From positions 248,001 to 312,000 of the forward strand of contig NW_026858277.1 of the NCBI RefSeq assembly GCF_026571515.1: 64,000 nt of DNA, written 5' to 3'. Within the stretch, counting starts at the first letter, position 1. Each line of letters starts with the position of its first letter. Below, piece after piece: positions 1-13,176 of this stretch. A model generated the notes under the pieces. It saw only the letters and a list, made by a program, of their open reading frames with translations. It was not told the DNA's origin and did no database searches. Source of the DNA: Ruditapes philippinarum. Its lineage: Eukaryota. A program made the translations under genes and the position numbers.

Positions 1-467
1 CATTTATTGTTACTTAGATAACATTGACGTTGAACCTATGATGTTTAAATATATTTTTGCTGTTACAACATATCAGATAAGATCCCTGTTATAAGAGATA
101 CATATCATATATGAGCGACATACCCTCAGCATGTAACTCTTTCAATTCTAATAGTGGTTTATGGTAGCAGGTGTCATATTGTATATTGGATATATAATAA
201 AATTGAAATATTTTCATAATTTGAAATCCGGGTTAAAAGTGCATGTTTTTGTTACTTTTAATCATCAATTATATCGAAAATACTGTTTGCATTATTTGTC
301 TTTAATTTATTTTCAGTTAACTATTAAAATAATTTAAAATTTATGCAAGATAGATAAGGATTTTTTAGTTTTAATGTTTTATTTTTATATAATTTTCTTG
401 TTATTGATTTGTAAGTCAAACCAACACTAAAAAGGTAACATCCCAATTATACTGGCGGAGGAAGATG

Positions 468-1085
468 CATATTATAAGTATTTATAAGTAATTATTTATG
501 CATATTAATAAGTATTTATGCAAATTATAATTATTTTAAGCATATTAGTAAGTATTTATGCATATTAATAAGTTTTTATGCATAGTATGAAGATTTATGC
601 ATACTATAAGTATTAATGCATATTGAAGTATCTATGCCTTTAAATAAGTATTTATGCCTTTAAATAAGTATTTATGCAAATTAATAAGTATTTATACATA
701 TTAACAGGTATTTATGCATATTAATAAGTATTTATGCATATTTATACATGTAAGTATTTATGCATATTATAAGTAGTTTATGCATATCGTTAGTATTTTA
801 TGAATATTTATGAATATTCATGCATAGTATAAGTTTTTACACATATCAATAAGTATTTATGCATATTAATAAGTATTTATGCATACGATAAGTATTTATG
901 CATATAAATAAGTATTAAGCATATTATTAGTTAACATGCATATTAATAAGTATTTATGTATAAGTATTTACAATGTTAAAAAGTATTTATGCATATTATA
1001 CGTAACTATGCATATAAAGAAGAATTTAGTAAATTATTAGTATATATGCATATCAATAAGTATTTATGCATCTTATAAGTATTCA
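468..1085. repeat. AT-rich minisatellite, ~20-21-bp unit (ATAAGTATTTATGCATATTA)
   Basis: About 29 degenerate tandem units are visible. Confidence 0.9.
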
Positions 1086-1961
1086 TTAATTATAATTATA
1101 ATGAGTATCATTATCGGCATCAATTTATTAAATGTGATGGGTTCAGATGTGTAGTGTAAACCCTATCTGTGAGCACATGCTTTCTATGGTTTTCGATGAT
1201 AAGATTAATTATAAAAAAGTACATACTTTTATGAAATATCATGATGAAAAAAAAACTTAAAATATTTTTATATAATAAAAACGCCTTTAAGTGACAGGTG
1301 ATGTGAAAAAATGGCAAGAATTTTTTTCTTCGTGCCGCGTAGATGCAACAAAAAGTTTTTTCTTTGTTTGTAAGGAATTACAAAAAACAACACCATATTG
1401 TAAAATCACATTTTCTTTGCATTGCGTCATATTCTCTGTCAAGCCCTTTTCTTAAACGTGAAAGTGAATTAATATACATAGCACGTTTATAGCTCTAAAG
1501 ATTTGTATCTAAAAATCATGCGGTTTTAATGATATGTGTGCCTTTGAAACGGGTTTTTTAGAGATAGCCATCGACTATATTTTCTAGTTTTTATTTGCTT
1601 TATAACATAACTTTTGTCCGATTTTCTTATTTTCTAAAACTTGAAGAAGGTCCTTTTTTGCTTACGATTTGAAAGTGTACTCTTTTCAAATGAGTTCTTT
1701 GAATTAGAAAGAAAAAACATATTCCAAGAATATCGTGATACGAAAAAGCAAATAGAAGTAATGAAAACGAACTGATCATTGATTGGTTTTTTATCATTAT
1801 TATTCGTTTACTTGTTTATATGTTTGTTTTGTCAATATTGTACTTCTACTAGATATTATTTTTGAGAAATTTTGTAACAAAGAGCACTGCTGTTTAAAAC
1901 AATAAACAACAGTAACTGTAAACAAAATCTTACTATCAGATATGAATGATTTATACAGTAT

Positions 1962-2196
1962 GAGCCGCGTCACGACAAAACCAACATAATGGGTTTGCGA
2001 CCAGCATGGGTCCAGACCAGCCTGCGCATCCGCGCAGTCTGATCAGGATCCATGCTGTTCGCTTACCAACTCTATTACAAGTAGAGAAACTGATAGCGAA
2101 CAGCATGGATCCTGATCAGACTGCGCGGATGCGCAGGCTGGTCTGGATCCATGCTGGTCGCAAACCCATTATGTTGGTTTTGTCGTGACGCGGCTC
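1962..2196. mobile_element. Palindromic MITE family A, copy 1 (Sola-like non-autonomous DNA transposon)
   Basis: 102-bp TIRs GAGCCGCGTCACGACAAAACC... with a 31-bp spacer, flanked by the 5-bp direct repeat AGTAT. Confidence 0.92.
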
Positions 2197-2809
2197 AGTA
2201 TGGTATTGAATACATTACGTAATCTTGATCTTGAATTAAGTTAATTTAAAGCAGCATGCCTAAAGAAAATTTTGAAAGTGCATTAAAAAGTAAACATATT
2301 GTGAAGCGGACAAAGAAAGTAATTCACACATTGCAAACGGCACTAACAATCAATATAAATTATCAACAAAAAAAGAAGATAAAATATGCAAAAACAGCCC
2401 TTATTGCGTTAGTTACTTAATAGAAATATGACTTAAATACTGCAAAATAAGTCATTAATCGCACATAACATGTAAAGTATCCGTTGAATTGTGATTCTTT
2501 TTTACTCTCCTAAATGTCTGTGTACATTTTAAAGGCGCTTGATTTAAACGTCAGATCGTACGTTTCTTGTTATACAAAAAGTAATCCTAGCAAACTACGT
2601 ACATGTAAATAAAAATGTATATAACTTCCTCAAATCATGAGTTTCAAAAATTCTTAATTCTCTTAAAGTGACATTATGCTCATTTTTACATTGTCAAGTT
2701 TAGTTGAATTGATTACTTATTTAAAAAAAAATACTTATAAGTTTTGACTTTCACCAGTTCACTCACTGTATACCCTTGGATGAGCATAATGTCACATAAA
2801 TACGGAATG

Positions 2810-3134
2810 TACGGAATGCCGTTAGGGCCATCGCCTATGAATGGTTTGATCTGAAACGCGATACTCGACAGTACGATGATGAAAACGCGAAATCACGAAA
2901 CTACGATGGTGAAAACGCGAAAGCACGATGGTGAAAACACGATAGTTTATCGCGTTTTCATCATCGTAGTATCGTACTGTCGCGATTTCATCATCGTACT
3001 ATCGCGTTTTCATCATCGTGCTTTCGCGTTTTCACCATCGTAGTTTCGTGATTTCGAGTTTTCACCATCGTACTATCGACTATCGCGCTTTAGATCAACA
3101 CATTCATAGGCGATGGCCCTAACGGCATTCCGTA
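2810..3134. mobile_element. Foldback-type MITE with internal inverted arrays of ~21-bp repeats
   Basis: TIR TACGGAATGCCGTTAGGGCCATCGCCTATGAATG with a matching reverse complement at the right end. Internal CGATGGTGAAAACGCGA units are mirrored as TCGCGTTTTCACCATCG. TA occurs at both ends. Confidence 0.85.
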
Positions 3135-3243
3135 CATAAAAGGAAACATGCAAGTTTCATGTTGCATAAGAAGAAAAGATTCATGGGAGTTGCATATAAC
3201 ATAAAACCCGAAAAAAGGGAAATTTGAATTATAATTAATTCCT

Positions 3244-3360
3244 TTTATAGGTTACTGACGGGATATACGGGAGTATATGGCCCTCTGAGATGTATATCAC
3301 CATATAGATCTCGTTCTGCCTATATATTTTCCCGTATATCCGGTCAGCAACATGTATAAT
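3244..3360. mobile_element. Degenerate hairpin/MITE-like element
   Basis: Imperfect inverted arms gttactgacgggatatacggga / tcccgtatatccggtcagcaac. Confidence 0.55.
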
Positions 3361-3617
3361 AAAGGGGTTATTATAAGTGTCTTGGCCTGGAATTTTTTGC
3401 CCATATGGATTTAACTATAGAACAAAGCACAATCGGCTTGATTTGTTTTGACATGTGAGATATTTGCTATAATCATTTCGAGTTATCTATTATTTCGTCT
3501 TATAGGTACTGTACTCTTATCTTTTATGGTCAAATATAACACAGATATACATGTACCTTTTTTTTTTTGAATAACAGTGTCGTTTTGTACTGTCATGACA
3601 CAATGAATGTATCATTT

Positions 3618-3852
3618 GAGCCGTGTCACGACAAAACCAACATAATGGGTTTGCGACCAGCATGGATCCAGACCAGCCTGCGCATCCGCGCAGTCTGATC
3701 AGGATCCATGCTGTTCGCTATCAGTTTCTCTACTTGTTATTGGGTTTGTAAGCGAACAGCATGGATCCTGATCAGACTGCGCGGATGCGCAGGCTGGTCT
3801 GAATCCATGCTGGTCGCAAACCCATTATGTTGGTTTTGTCGTGACACGGCTC
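3618..3852. mobile_element. Palindromic MITE family A, copy 2
   Basis: Same TIRs, spacer in the opposite orientation; TSD ATTT/ATTT. Confidence 0.92.
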
Positions 3853-5377
3853 ATTTCATATAAGCAATAAATAAGTCGATACTAAATGCAATAAAACAAA
3901 ACTTCTTTTCACTTTTATGTCATCTCTCGTGTCGGTGATTAACGCGCTCTTACAGCAGACGTCATATTTCCCGCCAAAAACAATTAATCAAACGGTTAGT
4001 TGAAGCACCTTTTTGGTCATTTGCGACACCACCTTTATAATTGTTTTAATGACAGGCGACCGTTACACAATATTAGTAGATACTAGCTTTTTTGTTGTTG
4101 TGTTTTTTTTTCGGTTTAGTATGGACGAAAAAGGATTATGTTTTTTATCTGTTAAATCGGTGAGTCATGTAATTTCAGTTAAATATAATTTAAAATGTCT
4201 AAAGAATAATGAATATGAAAATATTTGTTTGTTAGGCAAAAAATGGTATACATTTCAGTTTACAATACTTGATGTCTTTAAACACTCTTTAAGATAACAG
4301 GAATTTAACCCAAAATTAAAATATTTCATTTATTTGATATGTAATGGTTAGAATTTTGACAACTATATGTATTGAAGAAATGTTTAATGTGAATAAGAAG
4401 TTTTCGTGACATCTTATATAAATGTTTTGAATAGACAAAAAAGTTGCAATTGATGCAGAAAAAAATAAAAATGTAAATTCATTCTTGTAAAAAACATAGT
4501 CATGTTGCACTCATTTCTTTTCAAGACGAGCTACAAAAAACCTATTTACATCGCAGGGGGTATTGTATTTTTTGTCTATGGCATGTCTGATTTATTAAAT
4601 GCATTTTTGTCAGTCAAATGAATAATAATGATAAAAACTTGACAAAATCATTACCTTTAATTTAAGAGCGTTTAGACTAGTGTCAAAGAATTGGTATGAA
4701 AACTTGTGTAATTTAATGAAAGCATAACTACATATCTTTACTTTATCTTTGTTAACGTCCTTTTTATTATCAATTAAGAGTTGTTAAAGTTTTAAAATTA
4801 AGAGTAAGACATCTTTATTTTCCAATTAATCATCCGGATCAGATTTTAACTTCATTTTTTGAATAAGTCATTTTAACTTCTTGATTTATGACAGTCGTTA
4901 GACAGAGTTCGTCTGCATTTATTCATCTAAGAACGTTGTTTTAAAATGGCGCCAATGGTTTCATACAAAGAAACTGTGATTAAGTGTCTGTTAGTCCGGA
5001 AGAGCAAAACACATTAATCTTACGATAATTAATATCAATTATTATCCCATGTCTTTATGAAAGAACATTTTTATTAGATTTTGAAAAAAAAAATGAGTGA
5101 TGGTTTACATGTAATCAAACTGATGCCATCTTCCAAATGACTTTTTTATGGTATATGTACCTTGCATATAGATTGGACACACCATACGTAGGAAATGATT
5201 ACGAAGGTCATAGGCCTGAGTGGTTATTTCTTTTCGCATCAAAACGATGCCGGTGTTGCTTAAGAATAGGTCTTGCATAAAATGCTATAGAAAAAGTAAA
5301 ACAATATTCTAAAAGCGTCGTTTGAACCCAAAAGATTTGTTTTGGTACGACCAAATAACGTTGACAATACTTTAGTT

Positions 5378-5762
5378 TTGGTCATGTGGAAACTTCTGGA
5401 TAGTTCATTCTTTTATAACAATATAATAACGAACTATAATTTATTGTCAGTGAAATCTCGAAGTCATTTTGTTTAATTCATGTGAACTTCTGATCATTTT
5501 ATGTTTCATTTGTAATACGAATTTATTTAGTCTGTGTCATGCGAATTTTTCTGGACAAGTTCACTTTATTGTTTACATAAACATATTTTGTATGTACGGA
5601 AGTCTTGGTCATGTTGAAACTTCTGGCTAAATTGTTTTTTATTGTTTACATAAACACATTTTGTATGTACGAAAACTGATAAAAATTCAACTTGGTAACG
5701 TGTAAACTTCTAGATAAGTTCATTTTATTGGTTTTCATAAGCACATTTTGTATGCACGGAAA
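5378..5762. repeat. Degenerate tandem repeat, ~65-90-bp units
   Basis: Recurring ggtcatgt.gaaacttctgga...ttattgtttacataaaca.attttgtatgtacg.aa. Confidence 0.7.
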
Positions 5763-6237
5763 CAAATACGAGTACATTTGACGCTTACTCGACCATTTTA
5801 AGACACGGAAATTGTCGACATATGCCGAAGAATCACAAACTTATGAAGTATGTTTTACCTTAAGTTAAAAGTATTGGAGCAACATATTTTATTGTATGGT
5901 ACGTACCATATATTACAGCCCGCGTTGTTTACTACAACGCACATGCACTAACTGAGACGAGTTTAACATAACTTGGCAATAATATTTACCCGAGCATAAA
6001 CCTCCTAAAGTGCAAAAATGTAAAAAAATAAAATAAAGAGAAAATACAAAATTTGTTTGTTTGGATAAAGCTTCATTTTGACAAATATTTTTCAGTTATT
6101 CCTCAGTGCTTAGTACACAAAATTGTTATTGTTGAATTTGTTTATTTCGCTCCATCTTGGAATCAACATCATCTTAGGTTTGAACTTGGTAGCTTGATGT
6201 ACGTTATGTCCTTAGACAACCATATCACCACTTAGAA

Positions 6238-6423
6238 CAGTTGCTTTGTGAAAAGGTGTCTGACTCTCAACCTAGGGATCGGGGATTCGATCCCTGCTGG
6301 GCTCGCGGCCATATTTCCTCTTATGACACTAGTACTTGTTCGTTCCCTAGTTCTAGGAGTGGACACAAGAGTGCTTCAAATATGCTACAAGTATTTTTTT
6401 CACGATCAAGGTGAACTAAATAA
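6238..6423 (+). mobile_element. tRNA-derived SINE remnant
   Basis: B-box-like GGATTCGATCCC (~6283) followed by tatgacactagtact...ctaggagtggacacaagagtg. Related fragments lie at ~35420, ~50850 (-) and ~51105. Confidence 0.6.
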
Positions 6424-7115
6424 CGGTTCAAAAAGTAGTTATATCTTCATAATAACCAGCCTCGAACACGGGTTTGGAACACACAAATAAAATCTTGAAG
6501 ATTTAAAGGCACATTATGCTTCAGAAATTAACAACTTTTTAATACTTCGGAAAGGTCAAACATGCGTTTAATGACACTTTAATAGTGGATTTAGAGCATA
6601 TTAGATGTTAAACAACTGACAAAAGTAGTGCTTAGCGTGCACTTACATCGTGTCGGAAAGAACGCAAAATGTAAACAAAGTGGTACTTTGACTTTCTTAC
6701 AAAATACCAAATCACCATAATTATACCATTTGCCAAAGAGAAATCAAGCAGAAGATAGTTCATAGTAAAGTTTTGGAAACTGTAACCACCTAAAAAAAAT
6801 ATAGATAAAAATGAAAGCATCTCGGGGGCTGAATGGGCATTTAATGCATGTGCAAATAAAGCTCTGGAGATATACAGGTAATACGTTGTTGAGATTATAA
6901 TGATACAAGATGGAATATAAATGTACTAAGTTTACGAGGTGACTACCCTTTTAATGGATTAAACAGACAAATGGCATTTGTTTAGCGGTCATTGTTTTTT
7001 GAAATGACACAAGATTAAGGCATTGTCTTGTTTGATAGTTATCCCACACAGCCGAGGTAAGCCAGCTGTCGACCTGAGTGTTAATATCTAGATATAATCT
7101 AAAGTTTTTGGTTTG

Positions 7116-7153
7116 TTTTTGTTGTTGTTTTTGTTGTTGTTGTTGTTGTTGTT
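7116..7153. repeat. (TTG)n microsatellite
   Basis: Direct observation. Confidence 0.85.
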
Positions 7154-7612
7154 TTAAGGGAAGGGGGTGGGGATTTGGGGTGTTGATGTTGTGTTTAACC
7201 TTGTTAGTGTATTTTCCATAAGACATGTGTTAATTGTAAGTTGAACAAGCAAACACCAGTGTTTCACTTTATGTCAATTTAGTTTACATACACATTTTTA
7301 TACAGTTTTAATAACATGATAGTTGTCGATTCATTGAAACAATTCAAATTGCCATAAGTGTCTTTAACAAATGTAGTTTAAGCAAGCAAGAATATGAAGT
7401 AAAAAAAACACACGATGTTTTGTCAAGTTGATATGTAATATTACGTTAAAACTGCATGCCTCCAGATTATTAATCACCATATTTCTATTGATAGACTAAC
7501 GCAGAATAGTATTTTTATTGTTATTATTATTATTTTTTTTTTAACCTCTTGTTGGTGATTTATGCGAATGGTAATGGCTGCTTGAAAATGGAGGGTATTT
7601 AAGTTTGTCTTT

Positions 7613-7738
7613 CCTATAAATACAGGATTTATTTACATCGAGTGAGATGTAAATAAATATTTAATGAGTGGCGGTAGCCATCTGTGAAATATGATAATTG
7701 TCATAACACAAGATGAAATAAATTACGTATTTATAGAA
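7613..7738. mobile_element. Degenerate hairpin/MITE-like element
   Basis: Imperfect inverted arms ctataaatacaggatttatttacatc / gatgaaataaattacgtatttatag. Confidence 0.5.
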
Positions 7739-10700
7739 AAAAAAACTTGAATTTTCTGTTCATTATATACTTTTATATTATCATTATATATTTTTCTCTC
7801 TTTTTGACATTAAATTTTGAAAAGCTTCACCTTTAATTTTGTGTATTAGCTTAATTTAGAAGAAAATAGTGAAAATACGGAAAATATGTTTCACTGCAGC
7901 GAAAAATAAAATTTTACCGTGAATATACTAGAAATAAAAATACACATTCTATTTCATCAATATTTCTGAATTTTAAATTTGTAAGTATATAATAAGTTTA
8001 TTTTCTTTGTTCATTTCGCAATATTTTACTTTTAAATACATTTTCCTAAGATTATAATGAAAATAAACATGAAACTGGAGGCATGCTGCTCAAATCGTGT
8101 CATTTATTCAGTTTAAAGTACACGGTGTTTACGAAAAGGCTTATTTAAACTATTTAAAGGAATGTTAATATGTAAATGTAATGCTTAAGTAAGTGGTTTA
8201 ACTCTATATCACAAGGATTCAGGATGGTTGACACAGAAAGCCATGTCTATATCTATTTTGCATATTAACGTATCAGGTGCACAAGATAGTTACAGCATCA
8301 TCATATAGTCGGTGAAATACAATTAAATTTAAGATCTTAATACCAAATTCCTTTGTTAAATTTAACTAAGTTGTAAATTGTTGACAATCTTTACGATTTG
8401 CCTATAAAATATCTTTTATTACGGTTACACAGTGACGCAGCAAGAAATCTAGGTAATTTATTCAGAATAAAAATGATAGTTTACCTACGTGTGTGTTTTC
8501 AAATGGATCACTTTGACTGTACCGACATGAGTTTAGTAACCTGAAAAACAAAGTCATGAAATTTCAGAAGACCAACAAAAACACGATGTTATTAATATAT
8601 GATACATATTTTAAAATGGGTTACATATTGCTACCTTTTAATAAATATCACCGTCAAATTGCATTTAAAAACCAAACTTTTCGAAGCGTATTAAGTTTTT
8701 AGAATATAAACAAACGTAGCGTCTAAACTTTTGTATTTAAAGGTCAAAACCTTTATGCTTTAGTTAGAAAAAGTAGTTTATACGGCAGCCTGCCTGTATG
8801 CCTTAAAATATTTTTACTATTTAAAATTCATTTGACAATGTTAACTAATTACAGAAATGTTCGGCACGTGGCTACATCATACAAACAAAGTTAACTAATT
8901 ATAGCGGCAAAGTAAAAAGTTAAGTTCAGGCAGGGCGAAATCAAAGATCAAAGTACTCACAATAACCTGATGTTGAAATAGGTCTGTCTTGGCTTAAGTT
9001 TACTTCCACTGAGAAGTCGGTTTCCATTGAAAAATGAAATAACATTAACATTGTTTTTCAATATTTTCATCAACATTATGAATAGCAATTTGACACAGTC
9101 ATTGGAAGTTAAATTACGGATAAATATCTGTAAATATAATTATGCAAATGTTAATATATAAGTGACAACTATTATTACAGTTTTATATTACTGAAACTGG
9201 ATTGGTTTAATTTTTTGTAATTATTTATTTTGCATATCACTAACAATATTTAATGAATACATGCTGACCCATAACAGAATTTAACCCTTCCATCTATTAA
9301 ATTTAACAAGACGGTAAGCGCTGCTTTCACCAGCCCTCTCCATTACAGATATAATAAGGATTTTGTGTTTAAAACTTTGATTGTTCCTTTGATTTTGCAA
9401 CTGTTGATGTGTTCAATACAAAGCAATTCCGTAGTTATAAGCAAATAACAGATTATAACGTGTAATTATACAAGTTTATTTTAAAGTGATGGGAAATAAA
9501 GGAACTGTTTTGTTAGCTTCACAACATTAAGATAATAATGATTTTTAATTTTTCATTTAACCCATTTATATAATTTTCTTCTACTTTTTGGGTTCTAGTT
9601 AAAGGGTTTTTAAGTTTGGTGCAGCTTTAACCCAAATTTTAACATGGAGAACATTTTACTAAAAAACCTAAATGTATACGTCTCTTTGCAATCTGCCCGG
9701 GCACTGTGATATATTGCGTAACTTAAACAATGTGATATGGAATTTTCCTTTAATTAACAACAATGATGTTTCCAATTTGAAGGAATATGATTCTAAATGC
9801 ACAAATGAATTTTGATAAAGGTGCACTTGTATTCATACATTATACTTTTATCATTTGGCAAAACAGCAAAGACTAGTTTTCATCCTTTCCAATTATAATC
9901 TAAGTCTGCAATTTGTATTAAACTCTTGACAGTCACTAAATCTTAACTTTAAGCCTTGACATTTAGGATAACATTTAGAATTACAGAACTTTAGAGATTT
10001 AAACTGGTTTGGTTCGCTCATCTTTTTACTCGTAATACAGATATATATTATTTACAGATAATTCTTATACTTAGGCGCTCAACTATTGTATAAATCACAT
10101 TTATTATGGCATTAACCTATGCAAACATATAATTAGACCTTTAGTTTTAATTAGTCTGGGTATTAAAAGATGATTTCCGCAATTATCAACAATAATATTA
10201 AACGGAATTGTTTTTATTCTGTTCAAAATGCTTAGAATTTTTTTTAAATAAGCTAGATACACGTTACGATAAATACACAGGTTTAACATGATTTGAGCAA
10301 AAACTCCTATTACGTTCATCTGGGTAATTCTTTTGAATCATTTAATTTATGGACTTCTGGAGCCAATTTTGACGGTTAAATTAAACTTAAATATAATATA
10401 ACAACATTATTCGGGCAAAATGTTATTTCTCAGTTTATACAAATTTATTGAAAGTACAATTAATGGTTTCTGCTTTTCACCCGTGCTATGTTATCAATAC
10501 GCTTTTCCTTTTCCATTTTTTTCTGGCCATATTTGAAATATATGTGTAAATGCATAGCATGTTTACTGTACTTGTTAATTGCAAAGCCTTCCGTCGCACG
10601 ACAAGGAAGTCTTCATGCCAGTCCCCTCTCCTTACAGGGAGTGCGAGGAATAATAAGGAATGATCCTTAGTGTATTACAACCTTCCTGTTGTGTCCTCCT

Positions 10701-11163
10701 TTTGATCTGTATGCGCTGGTGGGGTGTAGTTCCCTAGAGCATTTGGTAGGGATTTTGCCAGTGGTATACACAATACAATGGTAAAATTTCTGACAGTATT
10801 ACAAATGACTGGTATATCAAAGGGGCACAATGGTTTGAAAATAAAACTTGCTCAAACATTTAGAATAGTTAATATTTTCAATGTTGTATATATGTTAAAG
10901 CCGTTAATATCATCTTATCGTAGTAACAGTATCTGTTTAATGCCTCGAACTTATAGTAACCGAGTATTTAAGATTGTGATGCAATTTGAACAATATCCAA
11001 CAGCAAGAACATTTTGAACATAGAGAAAGACGTAAATATATCGTCTGCAGCTAAGATAATGCTATTGTACGTATGATAAATGACTTCCAGCAGATATTTT
11101 TTATTATTTTCTGATTCACTTAATTTAAAAGTTTGAACATATAAATCTCCCCCCCCCCGCCTA

Positions 11164-11258
11164 GGGCGTCCGTGACCGAGTGGATAAGCACTTCAAACAA
11201 CTTGCCCTGTCACCGTTGTGGGTTCAAATCCCACCAGAGACTTTTGATTCTTTCATAT
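11164..11258 (+). mobile_element. tRNA-derived SINE head (3' truncated)
   Basis: A-box TGACCGAGTGG and B-box GGTTCAAATCCC; no complete cloverleaf. Confidence 0.65.
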
Positions 11259-12039
11259 GTCTTTCAAAGTGTTTACTTTTTCATTTTCATTTTAAAAGAA
11301 AACATCTAATAATCAATCAAAATTTAAAAAGTCGGTGAGAGGGGAAAAAAAAACATAAACACATACAAATCAAATGACGCTAATGGCCTTGACCTATTTT
11401 AGCTGCAGACGATATATTTACATCTTTCTCTTTGACAAATATCCCCCACCACCCAAAATGAACATAATGCCCCCGAATGATCAGACACATCAGTTTGATG
11501 GCCTTGTCGTGTCAAAATTGTCTTTTGGTTTGACAATTCAAAATAGCCTGCAACTAACATCTAGTTATAAACGTCACAATCACTTATTGGGACGACACCA
11601 TGAAACACATAATAATAAGACCGTTGGTTATTAATTGTAAGATAGGGCGCTGAAGTTTTCGCGCAATTTAACAAAATATAAATACAATTGTTTTACCTGT
11701 CAAAATGTGCGAGTTTTGTTAAATTACGTTGAATAACGTTACGTGAATTGAACGTCTAAACAATATGTTATCCGTCAACGTTGATACGTTGCGTGGGTAT
11801 TTTGGCTTGAAATTAATTTTTAAGAAATGAGCTGAATTTGACGGAGAAGGATGTGTTATAATTATAAACTTATTAATCATATGATAGACAACAATCTAAA
11901 AAAATGTTGGGGAAAAAAAAGAAAAACAAAAGAATTTTCATTTCGTCTAGTATTTACAAATTTATTTGAAAGTGACACAATTAATGGCTTTCTTCTTTAT
12001 AACCATCTCATCGCTAAATTTGTTTTATAAACTGATTTA

Positions 12040-12190
12040 TTTCTCCTTCTCTTTCTTTTTTTCTTTCTTTCGTTGGTAGGTTGGTGCATTACTTGTTTTC
12101 TTCGTTACTTCGTTTTCTTTCTTTCTATTTTCGTTCTTTCTTGAGTTCTTTCTTTTTCTTTCTTTCCTTTTTTCTTTCTTTCTTTTTTCA
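12040..12190. repeat. Pyrimidine-rich (TTTC)n-like low-complexity tract
   Basis: Direct observation. Confidence 0.7.
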
Positions 12191-13022
12191 TTTAATGTGA
12201 ATTTATTGTGATTACTTCCTTGAATATGATGTTTAAAATAAAATTCTTAGATTTGCTGCCACAGTGAATACAGGAAATATAATTATCACGGCTGTTACAA
12301 ACGTACAATATCAAATGTCGTACAATGTATTGCTTATGTTATTGAAAGGAGAAATATACCTATTCCAGATCACCTTTCCTTTGATGATAGCTGCGTAGTT
12401 GAAAATCAAATGCGTCCAATATCAATTAACCTTATTCGTGGCTGTATCACTTATAACATAAGGTATATTTCTTTTTTTCTTATCTCTAACCATATTTCCC
12501 ACCGGCTTCGGACAATCGAGTAACATACCGTAAATAATGAAAAGTAAACTAACTTCTTTTCAATATTTTCACTTATAAACAAACTTTGAAATGAAACCGA
12601 GTGATTCTGACCATGATTAAATTCTTTTCATAACTTGTCCAAAATTTGTCGACACATGTTGGGTTCCGGAGGGCAGGATTAAATTATCTTATGTATCCGA
12701 GACCTCGTCCTGGTGTCACTTCAGATCAGATTTCACGGATAATTTCATCCATGACCTTGTCATATTGTGAAGAGACGCTGTATGCTTCTGTATTCATGTA
12801 AAGTACAAAATATTTAATGTTTGAAAGATATGTATGTATGTTATGTATGTACGTATGTATGTACATGAGTGTATGTTTACATAACGTTTGCTACTACATG
12901 TACACAGACAAAAGAATTATTTATAGTGATAATTATGATGACGGTGCTTATGATAATTATAATCATTGTTCTCTTTATCATTACTTTTTATTATCATTTT
13001 TTATTAATTATTATGATAAGTA

Positions 13023-13176
13023 NNNNNNNNNNNNNNNNNNNNNNNNNNNNNNNNNNNNNNNNNNNNNNNNNNNNNNNNNNNNNNNNNNNNNNNNNNNNNN
13101 NNNNNNNNNNNNNNNNNNNNNNNNNNNNNNNNNNNNNNNNNNNNNNNNNNNNNNNNNNNNNNNNNNNNNNNNNNNN
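13023..13176. other. Assembly gap (154 N)
   Basis: Run of N. Confidence 1.

Noticed and set aside
2006-2188. Recurrent 60-aa ORF MDPDQPAHPRSLIRIHAVR... (also 33365, 33286, 51282, 52419)
   Set aside because: It lies wholly within the palindromic MITE. Its internal repeat reflects the DNA symmetry, and indel copies break the frame.
6951-7226. Poly-Q ORF
   Set aside because: Translation of a (TTG)n microsatellite.
11164-11240. tRNA gene
   Set aside because: A and B boxes are present, but there is no acceptor or anticodon stem, and the sequence continues into a SINE body.
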